From assembly GCA_043747615.1 (NCBI GenBank), contig JAYTOU010000038.1, positions 1 through 64,000 of the forward strand: a stretch of 64,000 nt of DNA, written 5' to 3'. Position 1 is the first letter of the stretch; the number at the start of each line of letters is the position of its first letter. This document shows, piece by piece, positions 41,505 through 49,821 of this stretch. Below the pieces are notes generated by a model. That model worked only from the letters and a program-made list of their open reading frames with translations, did no database searches and was not told the origin of the DNA. Both the position numbers and the translations under genes were made by a program. This DNA is from Myxococcales bacterium (lineage in GTDB: Bacteria; Myxococcota_A; Polyangia; Polyangiales; Polyangiaceae).

Positions 41505-42007
41505 TGTTTTTTCAGCTCGTGAGCGAGGAGCCACCGCTTGCGATCGAGTCCGCCGCCGTAACCCCCTAGGGTGTGATCACTTCGGATCACGCGGTGGCAA
41601 GGGATGACCACGGCGATGGGGTTTGCGCCGTTCGCAGTGCCGACCGCGCGCACCGCACCCGGAGAGCCGACGGCGATGGCGATGCTCTTGTAGGACGCCG
41701 TCGTGCCCGAAGGGATCGTCCGGAGCGCGTCCCAAACGCGCCGCTGAAAAGAAGTACCACCCGGCTCCACCGCCAGCGCATCCAGCGCGTCGATTTCACC
41801 TTCGACGTACGCGGCGACGGCGCGCGCGATTTTTCCTTCCTCACCCAGCCGATTGTTTCGCTCGAAGAAACTAGGGTGATCGAAGCGTTTCGCGAGACCC
41901 TCGACGAGATCCAGTTGCGCGAAACCGAGGGCGTAGAGGGTCTCGTCGCTCACGGCGATGACCAGGTTTCCGATGGGCGTAGAGATCGTCGAAATTTCAA
42001 ATCGCAT
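41495..42007 (-). CDS. ogt: Methylated-DNA--protein-cysteine methyltransferase
   Basis: GTSFQRRVW, RAVG.ANG.NP, IPCHRV active site. Confidence 0.95.
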   Translation of the reverse strand: MRFEISTISTPIGNLVIAVSDETLYALGFAQLDLVEGLAKRFDHPSFFERNNRLGEEGKIARAVAAYVEGEIDALDALAVEPGGTSFQRRVWDALRTIPSGTTASYKSIAIAVGSPGAVRAVGTANGANPIAVVIPCHRVIRSDHTLGGYGGGLDRKRWLLAHELKKHQC

Positions 42008-43463
42008 CGGGGAGGCTCCAGAGGTGCATGGCGGCGTAGGCCCGGAAGGGTCGCCACCGTTCGGCGCGAGCTTCGACCTCGCGCGCAGTGGGACAAATAG
42101 ATCGGACGGTGAGACGGCGGCGGAGCGCGAGGTCGCCTGCGGGGAAGGCATCTGGCTCACGCGCGGCGCGCATGGCGATGTAGTGCGCAGTCCAGGCGCC
42201 GATTCCCGGGATGGCGGTGAGCCGCGCGATTCCATCCTCGAGATTGGACCAGGCGTCGAGGAGGTGTGGCTCGTCGCGCATCGCAACGGCCACCGAGCGG
42301 ATCGTTTCGAAACGCGCGCGTGGAAGACCAAGATCGGCGAGGTCGGCTTCGACTACCTCGGCAGGCGTCGGAAAGAAGTGCGTCAGCCCGTCGAGAGCGT
42401 CGGCGCCAACGGCAAGCCCGAGCTTCGTGACCAGGCGACCCGAGAGCGTCGTTGCCCCTTTCACGGTGACTTGCTGCCCCAAAATCGCGCGCACGGCGAG
42501 CTCGAAGCCATCCCAGGCGCCGGGGACGCGAAGGTGCGGACGCTTGCGGATGCCTTTGGCGAGGAGCGGATCGCACCGCAAATGAGCGGAAATTTTCGAG
42601 GGATCGGCGTCGAGATCGAAGAGGCGCCTCACGCGCGACACGAGCGGTAAGAGCTCAGCGCGTCCACGGAGACGAAGGGTCAGGAGCACGTGAGCAGCTT
42701 TGGGAATGCAGCGCACCTCGAGCGTCCCCTTCGCTGTCCCCAGGTCGATGGTGCGCGCGTACACGCCGTCTTCTACCCGCTCGACGCCCGGAATGGCGCG
42801 CGGCGCGAGGAACGCCAGGAGCCCGTCCCAGTCGAGAGGAGCGCGGTACGGAAGACGGAGCGTGAGCGGCACACCTCCCTTGCTCACGACGTTGCGCGCA
42901 GGGAGGCCGCGGCGACGGAGCCCCGTCGGTGTTTCGCGGAAGGTATTGTGAATGGCGTCGTTGAAGCGCCGCACGCTCGAGAATCCGGCAGAGTGCGCGA
43001 CCTCGGTCATCGGCAGCATCGTTTCATCGAGCAACTTACGTGCAAAGTGCACACGTTGGGTCTGCACGATCGCGACTGGCGAGGCTCCTAGGTGCTTGCT
43101 GAAGAGGCGGCGCAGATGACGCTCTCCCACGCCGAGGCGTTCCGCGAGCTCACCCACGTTGTCTTCGTCGAGCGCACCGTCGGCGATCATGCGAAGCGCG
43201 CGGGCGATGGTGGGCGGCGTGCCGAGCGTCCCTGCGCTCGACGGGAGTGCGTCCGGCCGGCAGCGGAGACACGGCCTCAGCCCTTCGGCTTCCGCTGCGG
43301 CCGCGCACCTGAAAAACGCCACGTTCTTCCGCATCGGGATGGGAGCGGGACAGCCGGGTCGGCAGTAGATGCCTGTCGTCCGGACTCCGATGATGAACTT
43401 GCCCTCGAAGCGCCGATCACGGCTCTCCATCGCGCGGTAGCAAGCCTCCGAATCGAATGGCAC
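41997..43463 (-). CDS. alkA: Ada-AlkA fusion (Ada Zn domain, AraC HTH, 3-methyladenine DNA glycosylase)
   Basis: GIYCRPGC and RPCLRC; AraC HTH; AILGQQ, PGIGAWTA HhH, WRPFRAYA; GTG 43463 with AGGGG RBS. Confidence 0.92.
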   Translation of the reverse strand: MPFDSEACYRAMESRDRRFEGKFIIGVRTTGIYCRPGCPAPIPMRKNVAFFRCAAAAEAEGLRPCLRCRPDALPSSAGTLGTPPTIARALRMIADGALDEDNVGELAERLGVGERHLRRLFSKHLGASPVAIVQTQRVHFARKLLDETMLPMTEVAHSAGFSSVRRFNDAIHNTFRETPTGLRRRGLPARNVVSKGGVPLTLRLPYRAPLDWDGLLAFLAPRAIPGVERVEDGVYARTIDLGTAKGTLEVRCIPKAAHVLLTLRLRGRAELLPLVSRVRRLFDLDADPSKISAHLRCDPLLAKGIRKRPHLRVPGAWDGFELAVRAILGQQVTVKGATTLSGRLVTKLGLAVGADALDGLTHFFPTPAEVVEADLADLGLPRARFETIRSVAVAMRDEPHLLDAWSNLEDGIARLTAIPGIGAWTAHYIAMRAAREPDAFPAGDLALRRRLTVRSICPTAREVEARAERWRPFRAYAAMHLWSLPDAI

Positions 43464-43527
43464 GTCCCCTACATAATCCGAGCGCCGTCCGTCGGCTGGC
43501 CATTTTCGGACCTGGTCGTTCAGGTCC

Positions 43528-44421
43528 TCAGGTCTTCGCCACGCGGGCGATGCGTGCCTTGCCGAGAGACATCGCAGCGACGCCCAGGAGAACGACCCCC
43601 GCGCCGACGACCGTGAGCCACGCGATGTGCTCGCCGCCGAAGACCACGCCGATCCCGAGCGCCACCACGGGATTGACATACGCGTAGCTCGTTGCGACGC
43701 CGGGCGAGGCATGTCGCAGGAGAAATCCGTACGCTGTGAAGGCCACGATCGATCCGAAGATCATCAGATAGAGGAGCGCGACGATGGATCGTGTGGACGC
43801 CGCGGCGTTCGGGTGCTCGCCGACCACCACGCTGAGAACGAGCATGAAGACGCCGCCGAGAATCATCTGGACCGCTGTCGACATTGCGCCAGCCGGGAGT
43901 GACAGACGACGGCTCCACACCGAGCCGAGCGCCCACGACACGGGAGCCACCAGGAGAAACAGCGCACCGAAGCCGTGCCCTCGGAGATCCCCACCGGCCT
44001 GAAGAAGCGCAACGCCGAACAAGCCGAGGAGCAGACCCGCAGCTTCGGACCGCGAAGGCCGCTCACCCACCACGCTCGCGAAGAGAACGGCCCACACGGG
44101 CATGGTGGCCACGACCAGCGCGGCGAGGCTGGAGCTCACCGTTCGATGCTCCGCGAGCGCGACGCCGCCATTGCCGACCGTGAGGAGGAGAAAACCGATG
44201 GGTGCGGAGGCTCGCCACTCGGGCCACGTGGGTGAAGGAGCGCCACGTGCACGCAGCCAGACGAAGAGCGCGAGGCCTGCGAGCACGAAGCGAATCCCGC
44301 CCATGAGAAACGGGGGGAACCCCTCGAGAGCGATCCGCATGACGAAGTACGTCGATCCCCAGATCACGTAGACGGCGAGCAACGCCGCGATGAGTGCCCT
44401 ACGCGTCATCGCGTGCATCAT
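43528..44421 (-). CDS. EamA/DMT-family exporter (YedA-like)
   Basis: VYVIWGSTY, about 10 TMs, SYAYVNPVVA. Confidence 0.9.
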   Translation of the reverse strand: MMHAMTRRALIAALLAVYVIWGSTYFVMRIALEGFPPFLMGGIRFVLAGLALFVWLRARGAPSPTWPEWRASAPIGFLLLTVGNGGVALAEHRTVSSSLAALVVATMPVWAVLFASVVGERPSRSEAAGLLLGLFGVALLQAGGDLRGHGFGALFLLVAPVSWALGSVWSRRLSLPAGAMSTAVQMILGGVFMLVLSVVVGEHPNAAASTRSIVALLYLMIFGSIVAFTAYGFLLRHASPGVATSYAYVNPVVALGIGVVFGGEHIAWLTVVGAGVVLLGVAAMSLGKARIARVAKT

Positions 44422-44442
44422 GACCGCGCGAAGCTCACCATA

Positions 44443-44496
44443 ACAGATGCAATTCGATCCATCTGCAACCAGTACAGTTGGGCATGCGTGGATCTG
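44443..44496. promoter_or_regulatory. Probable MocR-type operator between the exporter and the MocR relic
   Basis: Inverted repeat CAGATG-N10-CATCTG (44444-44465) plus extra ACAGTT (44474-44479) and ATCTG (44492-44496) half-sites. Confidence 0.5.
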
Positions 44497-44497
44497 A

Positions 44498-45179
44498 ATT
44501 CCCTCCCATCCACGCACGGGAATGGACCTCGAGGCCCTCGGAGAAGCGCTCCGTCACCAGCGGACCAAGGCGTGTCTCGCGGTTCCCAACTTCTCGAATC
44601 CGCTCGGTAGCTTGATGCCGGACGACGCCAAGAAGAAGCTCGTGGAGATGCTCGCGCGCCGCGACATCCCGCTCATCGAGGACGACATCTACGGAGATCT
44701 GCATTTCGGCGAGGCGCGTCCGAGGCCAGGGAAATGCTTCGATCGTGAAGGTCTGGTGATGCTGTGCTCCTCTTTCTCGAAGACCTTGGCGCCGGGGTAC
44801 CGGGTGGGCTGGGTCGCTCCCGGAAAATTTCGCGAGTGCATCGAGCGCCTCAAGTTCGAGCAGACCATCGCCACCCCGACCCTCCCGCAAATGGCGGTCA
44901 CCGAGTTCCTGGAGAACGGCGGGTACGATCATCACCTCCGGCAAATGCGGCGCAAGCTCGCGAGTCAGGTGCAGCGCATGACCGAAGCTATCGCTGAACG
45001 AAAAAGCGCTCGCCCACGGCATCAGCATCGCCCCGGGCATGATCTTTTCGCCGAAGCAGCGCTTCTCGAACTGCATTCGTTTGCACTGCGGTTTTCCGTG
45101 GTCGGATACGATCGCGCGCGCGACCCGCACCCTGGGCCGACTCGCGGCCGCGCTTCCGCAGGGCGCCGGTATCGTGTAG
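44498..45179 (+). pseudogene. MocR/GabR-family PLP-dependent regulator remnant with two deletions and a frameshift
   Basis: Starts mid-domain (IPSHPRTGMDL) right after a TGA; NPLG, IEDDIY and SFSKTLAPGYRVGW intact; at about 45000 it continues in another frame as EKALAHGISIAPGMIFS...CIRL until TAG 45179. Confidence 0.85.
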
Positions 45180-45190
45180 CGAAGACAAGG

Positions 45191-45901
45191 GTGAGACGCG
45201 TTTTGCATCTGACGATCGCAATCGCGCTCTTGGCGGGGAGCGCCATGGCGCGTGCGGACGAGCCCGACGCCATCGAAGCGGTCGACGGCGCGGTGGGTTG
45301 CGATGCCTTGGAGTTGAAGAACGACAAGGAGCTGAAAGTCTATTCCTCGCTCCAACCTCCGCCGCGGTACGTCTACCCGCAGGCTGAGAAAATTCTGGGT
45401 GCTCCGTGGGTCGAGCTCGGCGGCGCTGCGAAAGATTCTCTCGCGCTCATCGCAGCCACGCTTATTCCCCACGTGGGACCTGTCCTTCGCGGACCGACTC
45501 CCGAGACCATGCTGTCGTGGCCGTGGTCTTTTCCGATAGGCCCCCCCTCGGCGTGCAGCCGACGACGGGGCGGCTACGATCTCGCGAAGTACAGACCCTT
45601 CCGTCTGATGTTCGAGCCGGGAATCGATCTCGGGCAAACGGCGGTTGTGGTCTCCATGCGGCCCGGCGCTCGCTACATCTATCACCCGACGGCCTGGCCC
45701 GCGGGGCTCGGTGGCGGCCTGGGCTCGATGATCGAACTGAGCGGAAAAGAGCCTCTCCGAGCGTCACTCAGCCCCGAGATCGTCGTCCAGCTCGGACGGT
45801 GTTGCGAGCCCGGCTACTTCATGGTGGGGATCCGCCACGAATTTTTTTTCGCCGGAAAGAACGACCTGTGGAGTGCGAGCGTCGGCTTTACGTATTTTTA
45901 G
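45191..45901 (+). CDS. Secreted protein, possible outer-membrane beta-barrel
   Basis: GTG 45191 after AAGG; signal peptide ...AMARA/DE; alternating beta-strand pattern ending SASVGFTYF. Confidence 0.7.
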   Translation: MRRVLHLTIAIALLAGSAMARADEPDAIEAVDGAVGCDALELKNDKELKVYSSLQPPPRYVYPQAEKILGAPWVELGGAAKDSLALIAATLIPHVGPVLRGPTPETMLSWPWSFPIGPPSACSRRRGGYDLAKYRPFRLMFEPGIDLGQTAVVVSMRPGARYIYHPTAWPAGLGGGLGSMIELSGKEPLRASLSPEIVVQLGRCCEPGYFMVGIRHEFFFAGKNDLWSASVGFTYF

Positions 45902-45926
45902 ACGTAGGCTAAGGTCCCCGCCCTTC

Positions 45927-46015
45927 GGAGAGGTGACCGAGTGGCCGAAGGTACCCGCTTGCTAAGCGGGCGCTGGGGTTAAACCTAGCCGCGGGTTCGA
46001 ATCCCGCCCTCTCCG
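45927..46015 (+). tRNA. tRNA-Ser(GCT), CCA not encoded
   Basis: GGAGAGG/CCTCTCC acceptor stem, CCCGC-TTGCTAA-GCGGG anticodon arm, long variable arm, GGTTCGAATCC; followed by CAA. Confidence 0.96.
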
Positions 46016-46324
46016 CAAATGTTCCGCTGACTTAGCCCTGTGGATAACCGGGCTAGACGATTCGCTAGACGATTCGCCCGGTTCTGGGGCCGCTTCGCCG
46101 TCGCTCAGAAGTGAGTCCGGGAGCATCGGGAACACGTCGCCGAAGCCGGTCCGGATGTTCTCCGCGTCGCGGATGTAGCCCTGCGTGGTGCTGAAGCTCG
46201 TATGCCCAGCGCGCTGCATGATCCGGAGCGGCTCGTCGCCTCGGATGGCCATCCACGTGATGCCCGTCGCCCGCAAGTCGTACACGGTGATCGCCTTGCG
46301 CGTCGGCGTGGCGGTGTGCAGCTC
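45962..46324 (-). pseudogene. Tyrosine integrase C-terminal remnant
   Basis: YDLRATGITW...RAGHTSFSTTQGY (HxxR/GH/Y box II); no N-terminal domains; the frame runs through the att core into the tRNA antisense. Confidence 0.85.
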
Positions 46325-46528
46325 GAACTCTCCGAAGGCGCTGACTATGTGTAGGGGAGCTTCCCGTGATCCGTGTAGGTGCCGACGACGTTCCATCCCC
46401 GGCGGCTTGCTGCCTCGGCGGTTTCGTCTTCCTGGAGGGCGAGGGCTTGGTCGGACCAGCTGACGCGAGGATATCTGGCAACGCGAGCTTCGCGACCCAT
46501 GAGATGATGCAGCTGCTACCGTCAACGA

Positions 46529-47401
46529 TTGGAAAAGTTCGGAGAGTTCTGGCTTGAGCGGCGCCTCGATGCAGGCGGTCAATTCGCTTTCTTTCGTGCC
46601 ACTCGCCTGAACCACCCGTACCGGATGGGAGGCGAACCCTGCGTCGTGCTCCGGGCAGCCCAAGAATCGGCTCGGGACCGTTGGCCGCCGTGGGCCGATC
46701 CAGGCGTGGCGATAATCTTACGTCACCCAACGATCGTCCAGATGCTCGACGATGGTGAACTCGACGGGTACCGCTACTTCTCCTTCGAGTATGTGGACGG
46801 TGTTGACCTTCGGCAATTGCTCAATGACGTACCGCTTCCCCCGAACGCTGCATTGACCATCATCCGGACGATCGTAGACGCCTTGTGCGTGGCAAGTGAA
46901 GCCGTCGGTCTCGATGGGAGCCCCTTCGAATTTCTGCACGGTTGTATTTCGCCAAGGTGGGTATTCGTTTCACGCCGGGGTGAGGTGAAACTAGGCGGAT
47001 TTGGCTTCGGCTACATCAAGCCTGAGCGTGAACGTGGTCTAGATGATGTGATCTGCGCACCCGAGCAATTGCGGGGAGGTGACCAGACGGCTCAGACCGA
47101 CATGTTTCAAGTGGGCCTGCTGCTGCATCGAATGTTGTTCGGGTCGGAGTTCGTCTCGGAAGGGCTCGCGCGTGTGCGGGCCAAGGTGGCTGGTCACGGG
47201 GTTGCTACAGCAACCGTGACACCGTACGCGGATCCGCAACTTGAGAAGCTGCTGCGAAGGTTGCTTGCTGAACGGCCGGAGGATCGCTTTGCTTCAATCA
47301 CTGAGGTTCGCGACGCGATTAGGTCCCTTGCTGGTGCGGAGGCAACAAGCGAGGGTCATCGATGGCTCGCGGCTCACGCCAGCATTAGCGGGACCACCTG
47401 A
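46529..47401 (+). CDS. Ser/Thr kinase-fold protein, predicted pseudokinase
   Basis: HPTIVQ, EYVDGVDL, APEQ and P.DRF retained; VAIK->VVLR, HRDxxxxN->HGCISPRW, DFG->GFG. Confidence 0.75.
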   Translation: MEKFGEFWLERRLDAGGQFAFFRATRLNHPYRMGGEPCVVLRAAQESARDRWPPWADPGVAIILRHPTIVQMLDDGELDGYRYFSFEYVDGVDLRQLLNDVPLPPNAALTIIRTIVDALCVASEAVGLDGSPFEFLHGCISPRWVFVSRRGEVKLGGFGFGYIKPERERGLDDVICAPEQLRGGDQTAQTDMFQVGLLLHRMLFGSEFVSEGLARVRAKVAGHGVATATVTPYADPQLEKLLRRLLAERPEDRFASITEVRDAIRSLAGAEATSEGHRWLAAHASISGTT

Positions 47402-47491
47402 TCGGCCGTTGCCGCCTGGTTGCCGCGACCGTGCTGGAGTCGACTGATCTCACGATCCAATGCAAATCAAGCAGCTTCACGCCCCCACCAA

Positions 47492-47520
47492 CGCGGGTTC
47501 CAATCTCGCCCTCTCCGCAA
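47492..47520 (+). repeat. Distal att copy of the tRNA-Ser 3' end
   Basis: CGCGGGTTCCAATCTCGCCCTCTCCGCAA vs tRNA CGCGGGTTCGAATCCCGCCCTCTCCGCAA. Confidence 0.9.
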
Positions 47521-47576
47521 GTTTTTTCTGGGCAGATTTTTTTCTGGGCGTTCTCGATCCGCGTTTCGTAGCCAGT

Positions 47577-49673
47577 TCAACCGGGACGTACGCCGCGCGT
47601 CGCGTTCGAGGCGTGCGATGGGCGCCGGCCGCGGGTCTTGGCGTTTTTCGGTCGGGCGACGGCGCGCGGCTCCTCTCCAGCCACGAACGCAATGCGCACC
47701 GGCTTCGGACGCAGGGTCGGGCACCGGGCCGCGAGCTCCTCGTAGGGAGCGCGACCGACGCGCCGCTGATCGTTCACGAGCGTTGCCCAGATGGTGCCCT
47801 CGCGTTCCTCGGCGCGAGACGCAGCGCGCGGGTCGAAGCGGAGGTCGGCTTCGAAAGGCTTGGTGGTCGCGCCGTGGATCTCTTCGCGCAGACCACGCCG
47901 AGCGAGATCGCGAAACACGCTCGCTCCACCGCGATCGTAATAGAGGACGGTGTGGGCCGTGGATACCGCGCCGGCCCACGGATAGCTCCGGAGCGCCCAG
48001 CCCGTCGAGAGCTCTTCGAGCTGATCGTTCACGCTCGCGCGCTCGGCGTCCGTCTTCCAGGGATGCTCGGGGGCGAAGAAGATGCCGAGGCCGAGGTGAT
48101 CACCCTCGAGCTCCCATGTCTCACGGATTCCAAACTGCGACGGCGACTGCGCGACGAGCGAGCCGTGTGTGAGACCGAACTCACCGACGATGTACACCGC
48201 GAGGCGATCACTCCGATCACGCAGAAAATCCAGGGTCTCGACGGCCTCTTGGTGCGTCTCGGTGGGAAACTCGGTGAAGCACATGGCCTCGGCCGCAATG
48301 CCCGCGGTGGAGAGACGATCGATCACGCTCGACACGACTTCGACGGGGGCTCCTTTGTCGATGAGCCTCAGCACACGATCAGATCCGGACTCGACGCCGA
48401 GAGCACAGGCGACGGCGCCGGCCTTGCGGAGCGTGTCCGCGCGCTCTTGCGTGAGGTACTTCTCGGGCTTGAGATCGGTGGCCCACCGGATGTCGAGGCC
48501 CGCATCGATGATCGCCTGCGCGAGCTTCACGATTGTCTTCGGCGCGACAGAGTCCTGCGAGAAGTAGAAATAACGGGTGCCGTGCTTCTCGGAGAGCGCA
48601 CGCAGGTGCGCGACCATGCCTTGGAGCTCGCGCTCGCGGTATGTGGCGGTGCCGATCTCGGCGAGGCCATAGTGGCAGAACGTGCACTTGCCCCAGTAGC
48701 AACCGCGCGTCGGGTCGTAAGGGAGGACGAGGCGCGGCGCGAGGTACAGCGCGAGCGGCAGGCCGTCGAAATCGGGCGGCGGTAGCGCGGTCAGGTCCTC
48801 CATGCCGTGACCCGCTAAAAAACGTGCGCCCATGAGCTTGTCACGCACGACGACGTTCGTGCACTCGCGGAGCGGGCGATTTTCTTCGAGTGCGCGGACG
48901 AGCCCGAGCAGCGTGTGCTCGCCCTCGAAGACGCACGCGGAGTCGAAGGGCCCGAGCGCGCGCGCGAGACGATGACCGGTGAGTCGGATCAGCATCTGCG
49001 TGATGCCCGGGCCGCCGCAGGTAACGTGGACGTGCGGCAGCTCGCGCTTGATCTTGAGGGCGAAGGCATACGCGGGCTGGAGCTGACCCGGGAAGCACAC
49101 GGAGAGCCCGACCACATCGACCTTTGCGTCGCGGAGTCGGGGTACGAGTGTCTTCATGATGTAGTCGTCGAACGGATCGGCGCCGGGGCGGCTGGCGCGC
49201 TCGACCTCCTCCATCGTGGTGAGGCCGAGCGGCGTTCGGTACGCCGTGAAGTCGAGGTGGAGCGGGTGATGGGTCGCCGAAACGACGCGGAGCGACGCTT
49301 CGACCGTCGCGACCGCAGAGGCGTAGGCGTCGGGCTCGTGAAAGCGCGTCTCGTTGCGGAGCGTCGCTTTTGCCTCGGCGATGCCTTCCGGCACGGCGCG
49401 CGCATCCCCCCGGGCGCGCAGGAGCGCGACGTACTCGAGCTGCTCGGCGTGTCCGAGCGCGGGCTTCCGGTCGAGCACGCCGAGCCGCCGCTCCAGCCGA
49501 TCGCGGAGCGCAGCCAGCGCCGTCGGGTCGAGCAGCGCGTCGAACGCCTCTACGTTCGCATCGATCGGCAGCACCTCCACGCCATTGGCGCGGAGGAAGC
49601 CCGTGAGCATGGGCACCGCGAGGTACGGAGCGGTTGGGTCGCACGTGGGCGGATAGACGAGCGCGACGCGCAT
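47577..49673 (-). CDS. B12-binding radical SAM protein
   Basis: MRVALVYPP...PYLA, DVVGLSV and GGP cobalamin-domain features; RGCYWGKCTFC cluster motif; GVESGS. Confidence 0.85.
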   Translation of the reverse strand: MRVALVYPPTCDPTAPYLAVPMLTGFLRANGVEVLPIDANVEAFDALLDPTALAALRDRLERRLGVLDRKPALGHAEQLEYVALLRARGDARAVPEGIAEAKATLRNETRFHEPDAYASAVATVEASLRVVSATHHPLHLDFTAYRTPLGLTTMEEVERASRPGADPFDDYIMKTLVPRLRDAKVDVVGLSVCFPGQLQPAYAFALKIKRELPHVHVTCGGPGITQMLIRLTGHRLARALGPFDSACVFEGEHTLLGLVRALEENRPLRECTNVVVRDKLMGARFLAGHGMEDLTALPPPDFDGLPLALYLAPRLVLPYDPTRGCYWGKCTFCHYGLAEIGTATYRERELQGMVAHLRALSEKHGTRYFYFSQDSVAPKTIVKLAQAIIDAGLDIRWATDLKPEKYLTQERADTLRKAGAVACALGVESGSDRVLRLIDKGAPVEVVSSVIDRLSTAGIAAEAMCFTEFPTETHQEAVETLDFLRDRSDRLAVYIVGEFGLTHGSLVAQSPSQFGIRETWELEGDHLGLGIFFAPEHPWKTDAERASVNDQLEELSTGWALRSYPWAGAVSTAHTVLYYDRGGASVFRDLARRGLREEIHGATTKPFEADLRFDPRAASRAEEREGTIWATLVNDQRRVGRAPYEELAARCPTLRPKPVRIAFVAGEEPRAVARPKNAKTRGRRPSHASNATRGVRPG

Positions 49674-49821
49674 GGCCGCATGCCTTAGCACACGACGGGG
49701 AAAAGGCCGGTCGATCGAGACGGCGCTCGACACCCGGCATCCAGCCAAGAACGCTTGCCTTGAGCGCGCCCCTTCCCTACGACGGATGCGAGGCGCGCGA
49801 GGTGCCGGAGGAAGATGCGGA

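Larger units (their letters stand above)
45990..47520. mobile_element. Degenerate integrative element in the tRNA-Ser(GCT) 3' end
   Basis: 29-bp direct repeat of the tRNA 3' end (45990-46018 vs 47492-47520, 2 mismatches) enclosing an integrase remnant and an atypical cargo gene. Confidence 0.85.

Noticed and set aside
44522..45901. 459-aa track ORF as a genuine aminotransferase-membrane protein fusion
   Set aside because: The MocR C-terminus continues in another frame, and the distal part has its own RBS, GTG start and signal peptide; the fusion results from a deletion frameshift
47460..48785. Long antisense and alternate-frame ORFs (also 11675-12925, 26299-27681, 54053-55267 and others)
   Set aside because: Shadow ORFs expected at high GC; they overlap well-supported genes and show no family motifs
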